A stretch of DNA of 64,000 nt from a virus. Taxonomy: Duplodnaviria; Caudoviricetes. Both the position numbers and the translations under genes were made by a program. Below are positions 30,201 through 38,155 of the stretch, one piece after another (within the stretch, counting starts at the first letter, position 1; the number at the start of each line of letters is the position of its first letter). The stretch lies in the IMG/VR virus record IMGVR_UViG_3300005512_000003. One strand, 5' to 3'. Under the pieces are notes generated by a model. The model was given only the letters and a program-made list of their open reading frames with translations, made no database searches and was not told where the DNA came from.

Positions 30201-31238
30201 TTCAATGCGACTCACGTAAATGCTGCAGGTGTTGTTACTGCAAACTCCTTTGTTGGTGATGGTTCTGGACTGACTGGTGTTACCGCAGTTGGAACTGGAG
30301 TATCAGTATTTGATAGTGATACCTTGATTGGTGTTGCTTCTGCTTTCAACTTTGGTGCAAACCTTTCAGTCTCGCCAGTTAATGCTGGTATTGTAACTGT
30401 TACTGGTTCTGGAGGAGAGTCTTTCTGGAGCAGTGAGCAGACAAACGCTGGTATTCATACCACATCAGCATTTGTTGGAATCGCAACTACCAACCCAGTA
30501 AATGCTCTCACAGTTGTTGGAGATGCAAATATCACTCGTCATCTCACAGTAACTGGTGTTGTTACAACAGCGTCTGCAACTGTAGGATCTGCTGTTACAG
30601 TCAACTCTGGAGGAATTGTTGCTGGTCTCAGCACGGTTAACTTCATTAATGCGACTCACACCAATATCTCTGGTGTTTCTACAATAAGTCACGCGATTAT
30701 TGGATCTGCGGTCACGATGACCTCTGGAGGTATTGTTGCTGGTCTTGGAACTATTAACTATATCAATGCAACTCATACAAATGTCTCTGGTGTGGTCACA
30801 GCATCATCACTTCAGGTAGGAACTGCAGGAACAGTTATCAATGCTCTTGCAACTGGTAGTGTCGGAGTTGCAACCACAAATCCAGTAAGCACATTCCAAG
30901 TTGAAAGATTTGGAACTCAGACTGGATTCGGAACATTTGCAGCAACTGCAGGTGTTACTACCTTCATTGACTCCTTCACGATCTCTTCTACTGATTTCAG
31001 AACCGCTGAATACACAGTTCACGTAGAGAGTGCTTCAAGCATTCAAGCACAAAAGGTTCTTGTGATGCAGAACGGTTCTACTGCATTCTCACAAGAATGG
31101 GCAGTGATGTCACACCCAGACTTACTTGTTTCTATAGGAGCTACAGTTTCTTCTGGCGCTGTCAGGTTGAATGTCACTCCAGAAACAGGAGTCTCTGGCA
31201 TCATAACCTACAGATTCACCAGAAACGCAATGCTCTGA
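27243..31238 (+). CDS. Long tail fibre / fibre scaffold
   Basis: MAVNKNFVVKHGL start; many VGIG(S/T)T and GIVTA repeats; repeated INFVGAGNTF modules. Confidence 0.8.
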   Translation: MAVNKNFVVKHGLEVKQDLLYADAQLEKVGIGTTLAYHKLHVAGDLKVDDDAQIVGVTSLGTNTKIIDGTLEAGNTGVGTYGQFLIATGAGIAWTTAPKLRKVEIFTALEGQKQFNFAHTLGFLDVFLNGVKLSTSEYTETAAFVTLLNGCTAGDTVELIGYYLFDNIGAANTTGIQGVTVLEENTITGSPAAVTSINFVGAHVTAAGTGAGVTVTFLGAGVGIASSGTQIGYGITNINFIGAGNTFEVNGQTIDVSINSGSNTFWSKEPAYSSGIVTTGRVGIGSTLPITDEGLDTRGVVKTDSLFATKKVLDKDVETYDGYNSFAAANLAIGAGNSITVVDGATLTVLDVIETPVNATLGVFDDGVNVGYGITRLNFTGANNSVSLASPTAVDIDIDAGVGIYSGGQVISFGVTAFNFVGAANTFAVNDGVLSVSINSGSGGKFEENAVGIHTVDRVGIGSTLPDAGSALDVDGIIKTHTFFANKAVVDQDVTTISGYNMFGAGPITIESGRVINVVDDSTMSVLDAYTVPVGTRWSLNSTGIHTSLNVGIGTTTADGAADPNNEFILNAGIVTANYYYGDGRFLRNVGVAVSDSAPSSPENGNLWWSETLGRGFIYYDSANAWVDFAPGTGGGGGGASVIGSGTLFSTNQTLTGIHTTSTVVGLGTTAPRFQLEVGPVGAAGTSLWVNGNARVTGILTVGTGSIVLDGNKNEITIGAGVTIDAGGTRIGILTANDALNVGTAVTLTTGGVVAGLGTFSNFNATNVNVTGATTTSTLNVGSGITVNSGGFNVTGVVTSSYLVATKGIVANSGVVTAYAFVGDGSGLTNITAQSTGITIKRGGVNISSGIGTIDFGGGLVVSDLSVGIVTVTTDQQWQTNTSGVTTTSNVGVGTTNATNTLTVTGSGTKTNQLNVTGVATISHAVVGSAVTITSGGIVAGLSTVNHLDITGLNATGIVTANHTIVGSAVTMTAGGVVAGLGTFNNFNATHVNAAGVVTANSFVGDGSGLTGVTAVGTGVSVFDSDTLIGVASAFNFGANLSVSPVNAGIVTVTGSGGESFWSSEQTNAGIHTTSAFVGIATTNPVNALTVVGDANITRHLTVTGVVTTASATVGSAVTVNSGGIVAGLSTVNFINATHTNISGVSTISHAIIGSAVTMTSGGIVAGLGTINYINATHTNVSGVVTASSLQVGTAGTVINALATGSVGVATTNPVSTFQVERFGTQTGFGTFAATAGVTTFIDSFTISSTDFRTAEYTVHVESASSIQAQKVLVMQNGSTAFSQEWAVMSHPDLLVSIGATVSSGAVRLNVTPETGVSGIITYRFTRNAML

Positions 31239-31239
31239 T

Positions 31240-33165
31240 ATGAAAACCTCTTTCAATCCATTTGAGTCATTACAGGTTCATCCTAGTAGTTTTTCTAGTG
31301 ATGAACCACAGGCATATGAAATCAGTGTACACACTCCTGATGATTGGCAATATGTCCACGACATCTTAATGCAAGATGGTACACTGGAGGACAATATTCC
31401 ATCCAGATCTTGTGATTGTGTCTCTGATATGTGCTGCTCTCCTACAAGGAGTGTTTATCTTTTATCTGATGATGAAGTAGCACAACTTATCAATCACGAG
31501 AAAGTCAACTGGATTAGAAAGTCTCCTCTGTTTAATCAAGATGTAGTTGAGCAGAGAAAGTTAACTCAAGAAGCATTTCCAGATACTTTTACTAACAGAT
31601 ATAAGTTTAACATAGAATCGGTAAGAAATGATAGTGATACCACACTATCATCTGATACCCTTGATTATACTCAGTGGGGTTTGCTTAGAGCAGCACAACC
31701 AGCAAATGCATTTGTTGGTGTTGGAACCACTACGTTATCAACAGATCTTGAGTTTTCTCTGACAGGAAAGCACGTTGATGTTGTTATTATGGATACTGGT
31801 GTTCGTTGGGATCACCCAGAGTTTCTAGGTATTGGTCATACATCAGTTCCAGTTGGAGTTGCTACAACATCAGTAAGTAGAGTTAGAGATATTATTATTC
31901 ACGGAGCATTAGAGTATGGTATTGACTGGGCATCTGAAGGATTGGTTGCTGCTGGAAGTGGAACTTTAGCAGATTATAACGAAGAGGGAGCACTCAACTC
32001 TGCAACTTTTGGTGGTTCATGGCACGGAAGTCATGTTGCTGGAACTGCTGCAGGAAATAACTTTGGTGCTGCATTTGAAGCAAACATCTGGAGTATTGCA
32101 TGTGTTGATAGATCTGACTTGGGATTTGCAGATCCCGCAGATGGATTTGATTACATTAAAGTATGGCACAAAAACAAACCAATCAATCCAGAAACTGGTA
32201 GAAGAAATCCAACAATCGTAAATGGTAGTTGGGGATTTAGAGAATTTGTTCAGTGGAATGGTGCAACTTATGATGCATCCTTCAGAGGAACAACATATAG
32301 TTCAACAGATATAGAAGCAGATAACACATTCTTACCAGCAGTTTTCTGGATGGAAACTAGTGGTAGTTTTTATGAGTTTACATCTAGATTCTCTGCATCT
32401 CAAACAACAACTGATGAGATATTTAATGACCCAGATTGTGCCGATATAACATTTGTTTTTGCTGCTGGTAACTCTGGTAGTGGTAACGGAAAACAAGATA
32501 TACCTGATGGATTAGATTATGATAATGCATTTTCAAATGCTACATTTGCATTTGGAACTGGAGGATTAGCCGATCAGGGAAGAGGAGTAAGTTCTCTGAA
32601 CTATAATAGATCAGGAACTCCTGCGATAACTCATCAAGGTTTACCAGATGCTCCAATCGTAGTTGGTGCAATGGATGCTGATATTGATACAACTGCAGGA
32701 TTTTCTTCAGAAAGAAAAGCAAGTTTCAGTAATAATGGTCCTGCGATTGATGTATGGTCTGCTGGACAAGCGATCTTAAGTCCTTGGTCTTCTGGGAGAA
32801 AAGATCCAAGAAACAATGCATTTTTCAATCAATATTTACAGGGAACCAGTATGGCATCTCCTAATGTCTGTGGAATCCTTGCTCTCTATCTACAAGCATA
32901 TCCAGAAGCAGATAGAACTCAAGTTAGACATTGGTTAGAAACTCGTGGAACTGTTGGAGTTGGAACTTTCTATAGAGACACTTACACTCATGAAACAAAT
33001 GGTCCCTCTGTAGGAGCAGGAACTTCTGTTGATTATTGGAGCAATGGATTTGAACCTCGTGGTGCATCTCATGATGTTCTTTATAATCCCTTTGCAAACA
33101 ATCTCCGACCAAATGTTTCTGGTGATATCAGTATTACTGGAGACATCTCCATCAAACAACTATAA
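31240..33165 (+). CDS. Subtilisin-like serine protease (S8)
   Basis: Catalytic triad motifs VVIMDTG, HGSHVAGTAAG, GTSMASPNV; oxyanion AAGN; N-terminal propeptide-like region. Confidence 0.92.
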   Translation: MKTSFNPFESLQVHPSSFSSDEPQAYEISVHTPDDWQYVHDILMQDGTLEDNIPSRSCDCVSDMCCSPTRSVYLLSDDEVAQLINHEKVNWIRKSPLFNQDVVEQRKLTQEAFPDTFTNRYKFNIESVRNDSDTTLSSDTLDYTQWGLLRAAQPANAFVGVGTTTLSTDLEFSLTGKHVDVVIMDTGVRWDHPEFLGIGHTSVPVGVATTSVSRVRDIIIHGALEYGIDWASEGLVAAGSGTLADYNEEGALNSATFGGSWHGSHVAGTAAGNNFGAAFEANIWSIACVDRSDLGFADPADGFDYIKVWHKNKPINPETGRRNPTIVNGSWGFREFVQWNGATYDASFRGTTYSSTDIEADNTFLPAVFWMETSGSFYEFTSRFSASQTTTDEIFNDPDCADITFVFAAGNSGSGNGKQDIPDGLDYDNAFSNATFAFGTGGLADQGRGVSSLNYNRSGTPAITHQGLPDAPIVVGAMDADIDTTAGFSSERKASFSNNGPAIDVWSAGQAILSPWSSGRKDPRNNAFFNQYLQGTSMASPNVCGILALYLQAYPEADRTQVRHWLETRGTVGVGTFYRDTYTHETNGPSVGAGTSVDYWSNGFEPRGASHDVLYNPFANNLRPNVSGDISITGDISIKQL

Positions 33166-33168
33166 ATA
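33161..33168 (+). promoter_or_regulatory. T4-type late promoter TATAAATA
   Basis: Exact consensus about 15 nt before the 33184 ATG. (A/C)TAAATA variants precede most fibre genes. Confidence 0.75.
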
Positions 33169-33183
33169 CCTCTAAAAAGACCG

Positions 33184-33519
33184 ATGGCAGACAAGAAATT
33201 TGGTGTAAGGCAGATAGATTTAGTTGGTTCTTCTGGAGCAACCAACATTGAGTCCCCCAATACACTTAACTTAAAGTCAACTCAAGTTTCAATCAGCACC
33301 GATATGAGCATCGGTGGTAATGTTGTATCTGATTTGATTGTTGGAGCTGGTTTCTCGGTTGGAATCGGCACCACCATACCAGAGACAAAACTTGATGTCA
33401 ATGGAGGTTTGAAGGCAGGAATCAATACTTCTCATGGTGTAGTATTGACCGCTGCAAATGGAACTCAATATAGATTATTTGTTGAAAATGATGGTTCCTT
33501 GTCCACTGTTGCTATCTAA
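33184..33519 (+). CDS. Small fibre-related protein
   Basis: VGIGTT repeat; C-terminus LTAANGTQYRLFVENDGSLSTVA shared with the 34017 gene. Confidence 0.7.
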   Translation: MADKKFGVRQIDLVGSSGATNIESPNTLNLKSTQVSISTDMSIGGNVVSDLIVGAGFSVGIGTTIPETKLDVNGGLKAGINTSHGVVLTAANGTQYRLFVENDGSLSTVAI

Positions 33520-33547
33520 TAAATACTAAGAGGTTATAGTAAATAAA

Positions 33548-33979
33548 GTGCCAATATCCTTTCCCTCAAACCCTGCGAATGGTCAAAAGTTTACTGACTC
33601 CACATCGGGGAATCAGTATCAGTGGAATGGGCAGGTTTGGATTGGTTTTTCTCCACTGACAATCAGTGGTGATTTTGTTGGAATCGGGAGTACAACTCCT
33701 CAGTTCCCCTTAACAGTTGGATTCAGTACACTTGGAGTAGATGTAAATGCTGGAGCAGCAGCTACATCTCTTTATGTTCAGGGGAGTGTTACAGTAACTG
33801 ATAGATTAGCAGCAGCAAAGGTTGTTGGTGCTACCACATTTGTTGCCATGCCTGCTGGAGACTTAGGCAACTTTAGTGCTGCATCTTCTGATGCTTTTGG
33901 TATTACTCTTGCGGCAAACTACGATTTAAAAGTAGATCCTCCTGGATCATTACGCAATGATGATCTTGGTGCTCTGTGA
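33548..33979 (+). CDS. Small fibre/adaptor protein
   Basis: ISFPSNP.NGQ.F....YQWNGQVW N-terminal module; VGIGST repeat. Confidence 0.7.
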   Translation: MPISFPSNPANGQKFTDSTSGNQYQWNGQVWIGFSPLTISGDFVGIGSTTPQFPLTVGFSTLGVDVNAGAAATSLYVQGSVTVTDRLAAAKVVGATTFVAMPAGDLGNFSAASSDAFGITLAANYDLKVDPPGSLRNDDLGAL

Positions 33980-34016
33980 TTTTGTCCACCCTAAATAACT
34001 AGAAAGATAAAGAAAG

Positions 34017-35675
34017 ATGCCTACCGAAGTACAATTTAGAAGAGGCACTACAGCGCAAAACAACAGCTTTACTGGTGCTGCTGGTGAACTCTCAGTAAAC
34101 ACTGATAATAACTCGCTGAGAATTCACGACGGTTCTACCGCTGGTGGTTTTGAGTTAGCGAAATCAGACCTCTCTAATACAGTTGGTACTGGAGGTACGG
34201 TATTTGCGGCTAACGTTGGTATCGGAACTACCATTGTAATCTCTGGAGATTTCCAACTCAAGAATATTCAATCTCTTGACGCAACAACAACTGCAACGAT
34301 TGAAAGTGCTGTTGCTGCTGCTCCTAATGATTTTACAAGTCTTAGTATCAGCGGAATCGGAACTGTCGTTGGTGAGTTCAACGTAGGAACTGGAGGAACT
34401 GTTCTTACTGGTCTCTCTCAAGCAGGCATCAGTTCTGTTGGTATTGCAAGTGCTATTCCAACTGCAACGTTAGATGTTGTAGGAAACGCAAAAGTATCAC
34501 AAACTGTAACTGCTGTAGGTGGTAATATCACTGGTGTTCTGACTGCAGTTTCTGCTGTCATCACTGATGTTACTGGTGGTCTTAACTGCTCTGGAGTTGT
34601 AACTGCAACCACATTTGATGGAGAGGTTACAGGTGCTGCTGCAACAACTAACTCAACTGGTCTTCATGTAGTTGGTGTTGCGACGGTTCTGAATCTGAAT
34701 GCAACTAACGCAACTGCGGGTGTCATCACTGCAACCACATTTGATGGTGAACTTACAGGGGCTGCTGTTACAACAACTTCTTCTGGTCTTTTCCAGAATA
34801 CAGGAATCGCAACGATTACTCAAGTTTCTGGTAGTCTGAATGGATCTGTCAACTCAGGTCTTACAACTGTAACAGATAAGTTGAGTGTATCTGGAATCAC
34901 TACTCTTAGTGGTCCAACTGCGATTGCTGGAGTTTCTACCTTCCATTCAAACTCAAGACATTTAGATAACGTCAAGGCACTGTTTGGTCTTGGTGGAGAT
35001 TTAGAGATCTATCATGATGGATCTAACTCATTCATCGCTGATGTTGGTGGTGGTAGTCTTCAGTTAAATGCAACTCCCGATATCAGATTCCTGAATAACT
35101 CTACAGGTATTGGTACTATCGGTGCTGGTGGTCTTGATATCGCTGGTGGAATCACCTTAGGTGCTACAGGTATTGCGACTCTTTCTCAAGTTAAGATTGG
35201 TGCCGCAGTAACTGCTGGTGCTTATGGAGTAGATGTTTCTGGTGGAACTCATATCGGTGCGACAGGAATCTCAACATTCAATCAAGTTGCGGTAGGTGCT
35301 GCAGTAACTGTAAATGCATCTGGTGTTAATGTTGTTGGAGTTGTTACTGCTACAACATCTAAGATTGGTGCTGCGGTAACTATTGCATCACAGGGTATCG
35401 ATGTTTCTGGTGGCACTCATATCGGTGTTACTGGCATTGCAACAATTCAACAGACAATCGTTGGTACTGCTCAAACAATCAACGCTGGTGGATTTAACGG
35501 AACCAATGTTAGAGTTGGTGCTGCTCTCACTGTTGTTGGAGTCAGCACATTTAGCGGTCAAGTGAACGTTGGTGTTGACACCAGTGTTGGTGTTATCATG
35601 ACTGCATCAAATGGAACACGCTACAGACTGATTGTTGAGGATGACGGTTCATTGTCAACCGTTGCTCTTTCTTAA
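34017..35675 (+). CDS. Tail fibre with major-tropism-determinant-like N-terminal domain
   Basis: VQFRRGTTAQN.SFTGA.GEL.VNTD...RIHDGST.GG. Confidence 0.8.
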   Translation: MPTEVQFRRGTTAQNNSFTGAAGELSVNTDNNSLRIHDGSTAGGFELAKSDLSNTVGTGGTVFAANVGIGTTIVISGDFQLKNIQSLDATTTATIESAVAAAPNDFTSLSISGIGTVVGEFNVGTGGTVLTGLSQAGISSVGIASAIPTATLDVVGNAKVSQTVTAVGGNITGVLTAVSAVITDVTGGLNCSGVVTATTFDGEVTGAAATTNSTGLHVVGVATVLNLNATNATAGVITATTFDGELTGAAVTTTSSGLFQNTGIATITQVSGSLNGSVNSGLTTVTDKLSVSGITTLSGPTAIAGVSTFHSNSRHLDNVKALFGLGGDLEIYHDGSNSFIADVGGGSLQLNATPDIRFLNNSTGIGTIGAGGLDIAGGITLGATGIATLSQVKIGAAVTAGAYGVDVSGGTHIGATGISTFNQVAVGAAVTVNASGVNVVGVVTATTSKIGAAVTIASQGIDVSGGTHIGVTGIATIQQTIVGTAQTINAGGFNGTNVRVGAALTVVGVSTFSGQVNVGVDTSVGVIMTASNGTRYRLIVEDDGSLSTVALS

Positions 35676-35702
35676 TAATTAGTATAGGAACTTAAATACA
35701 AA

Positions 35703-36530
35703 ATGCCAAATCCCAGAGAGCTATCACAGTTTGGTTCGTTCGTAGAAGTAAATGATACCACAAAAAACATTGGTATCGCTACGACTGGGACCCCCTTTGT
35801 CGGAATAGGAACCCTATCTCCAGAAGAAAAACTACACGTTGTAGGTAATCTAAGAGTTGATGGTGATACAAACTTTGATAGATTAGTTGTTGGAGTTTTA
35901 ACAGCATCCTCTGTAGTCAATCCAAATCTAACTGTAGAAAATCTAACGGTAAGTAGTGCTGCAACATTTTCTAATGCTAATGCAACTCACTTTGTTGTAA
36001 GTGTAGGAGCAACCATAGGTTCTGTTCAAGTTAACTCTGGAATAATAACCTCATCTTCTGGTATTGTAACTTATTATGGTGATGCACAGTATCTCGACAA
36101 TGTTGGTCTTGCCGTTACCTACATTGATAACAATGTAACCATTGGTGGAACGATCACTGCCGACGAGTTAATTTTAACTGGTGGCGGTGGAGTTGGTGGT
36201 GGTGCTGGTATTGCTGCATCAACTCTAAACATCAGTGGTATATCAACTCTAGGTGGAGTTCAAATCTCTTCAGGCATTGTAACCGCAGGTGCTGGAACAA
36301 CCACTGTGGTTTATTATGGAGATGGATATAACCTCACAAATATTCAAGCTTCTGCACTCACAGGATTCCAAGTTGCTGTTCACAGAAGACCTGCATCTGG
36401 ACGTTGGACATTTGGACAAAATATTACAAGAATAACTGTTGCCGCAGATGATACCTTTGAAGTCACTGCACGTTCTGGAATCGTAACAGTATCAATCGGA
36501 GATGCTGCTCTTCCACCTCTGACGGTTTAG
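35703..36530 (+). CDS. Short tail-fibre-related protein (paralog of 26542..27171)
   Basis: Shared C-terminal ~155 aa; different N-terminus (MPNPRELSQF). Confidence 0.7.
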   Translation: MPNPRELSQFGSFVEVNDTTKNIGIATTGTPFVGIGTLSPEEKLHVVGNLRVDGDTNFDRLVVGVLTASSVVNPNLTVENLTVSSAATFSNANATHFVVSVGATIGSVQVNSGIITSSSGIVTYYGDAQYLDNVGLAVTYIDNNVTIGGTITADELILTGGGGVGGGAGIAASTLNISGISTLGGVQISSGIVTAGAGTTTVVYYGDGYNLTNIQASALTGFQVAVHRRPASGRWTFGQNITRITVAADDTFEVTARSGIVTVSIGDAALPPLTV

Positions 36531-36604
36531 TAAGATAAATATCATCATAACAGAGGGATATATATTCCTCTTCCTGACGGTATATACCAGAGGTTCTATA
36601 GTAA

Positions 36605-38149
36605 GTGGCAGATCCTAAAGTTAAACTAAAACGATCAGCCGTAGGCGGTCGTATTCCTAGTCCTGATCAGGTTCCTTTAGGCGAACTTGCTCTTAACACA
36701 TGGGACGGACAACTGTATGCATCCAAGAATGTAGGACTTGGAACTACGGTTGTTGCTATCAACCCCTGGATAGTAGGCACAGGGACAGATACATATAACG
36801 CATATTTCACTGCTGGAAATATTGGTATCGGGTCAACCACCCCAACATCAGCATTACATGTAGTAGGTGATGCTTATGTTTCAGGTATTGTTACTGCTAA
36901 TGCTGGATTTAATCTAGGTATATCTTCTGCTGGATCAGTGATTACCTCTGGTCCGATTAAAACTCTTAACTTTATTGGTGCTGGTAATACATTTTTAGTC
37001 AATGGAACTACTGTAGACATCAGTATTCAAGGTGGCGGTGGAGGAGCAGAAATCGGTGTTCAGGCAAATGATTCTGTCATCGGTTATGCACAAACCACAC
37101 TAAACTTTGTTGGTTCTGGTGTTACTGGAGTTTCTATTGGCACTACAACAACGATTACCATTGAACCTGGTCTTGTAGGTGCTGCAAAGTCTGTTACGTC
37201 ATTCACTGCAACTGCTGGACAAACGGTTTTCAATGTTAACTACAGTCAGGGGCAAGAAAATGTCTTTAGAAATGGTATAAGATTATCAGAAGGTGGTGAT
37301 TATACTGCAACAAACGGATCCACCATTGTTTTATCATCCCCCGCTTCAAGCGGAGACGTTATTGATATTGTTGTTTATCTGAGAGGTTCTGATCCTAATA
37401 GAAACGTAGAAGTTACACTCCTTCCACCATTCAATGGAATCACAACTGCCTTTACAATGTATAAAGGCACAACAAGTTATTTGTTTGATCCGATTGATGA
37501 AAGACAAATCGTTGTATCTCTTGGAGGTGTGATTCAGCAACCTGGAGTCGCATATACGGTAGGTACAGGTTCTTCTATTTTCTTCTCTGCTGCACCAGGT
37601 GCAGGTGTGAGTTGTTTCATTACTGCATTATATTCTAATACCGTAGGTATTCACACTGATGCAACAAAGATTGAAACTCAAGTTTATACCCCAACAGGTG
37701 TTCAAACATCATTTACTCTTACAAGAGGATATGAACAGAACTATCTTGATGTATATGTAAACGGTGCTCGTCTTGTTAATGGTCAAGACTTTACTGCAAC
37801 AGATTCTAGCACATTTGACCTTACTTCTGCAGCAGACTCTGGGGATATAGTAGAAGCAGTTGCATTTAGAACCATCGGCATTACGTCTGCGATCACTGCG
37901 GGCATCTCAAGTAACGTTGATGGAAACTATGTAAATACTACAAGTCTAAAAGTAACTGGGATTGCAACGTTCTCTTCCACAAGTCACTTAGTTCCACCAT
38001 CAGGAACAACGGCACAGAGACCAGCAAGTCCCACAGAAGGATCTATTAGATACAATACAACTTTAAGTGGATTAGAAGTTTACTCTGGAGGAAGTTGGGT
38101 TCAACTCTTCACAGATTATGTACAAACTGGTTCAACTATTTTCGGGTAA
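36605..38149 (+). CDS. Tail fibre / adaptor with T4 distal-fibre-like N-terminus
   Basis: VKLKRSAV.G.IP....LGELALN..DG.LY; repeated F.ATAGQT.F...DVY.NG.RL domains; GTTAQRP..P..G.IRYNTT. Confidence 0.75.
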   Translation: MADPKVKLKRSAVGGRIPSPDQVPLGELALNTWDGQLYASKNVGLGTTVVAINPWIVGTGTDTYNAYFTAGNIGIGSTTPTSALHVVGDAYVSGIVTANAGFNLGISSAGSVITSGPIKTLNFIGAGNTFLVNGTTVDISIQGGGGGAEIGVQANDSVIGYAQTTLNFVGSGVTGVSIGTTTTITIEPGLVGAAKSVTSFTATAGQTVFNVNYSQGQENVFRNGIRLSEGGDYTATNGSTIVLSSPASSGDVIDIVVYLRGSDPNRNVEVTLLPPFNGITTAFTMYKGTTSYLFDPIDERQIVVSLGGVIQQPGVAYTVGTGSSIFFSAAPGAGVSCFITALYSNTVGIHTDATKIETQVYTPTGVQTSFTLTRGYEQNYLDVYVNGARLVNGQDFTATDSSTFDLTSAADSGDIVEAVAFRTIGITSAITAGISSNVDGNYVNTTSLKVTGIATFSSTSHLVPPSGTTAQRPASPTEGSIRYNTTLSGLEVYSGGSWVQLFTDYVQTGSTIFG

Positions 38150-38155
38150 TATAAC

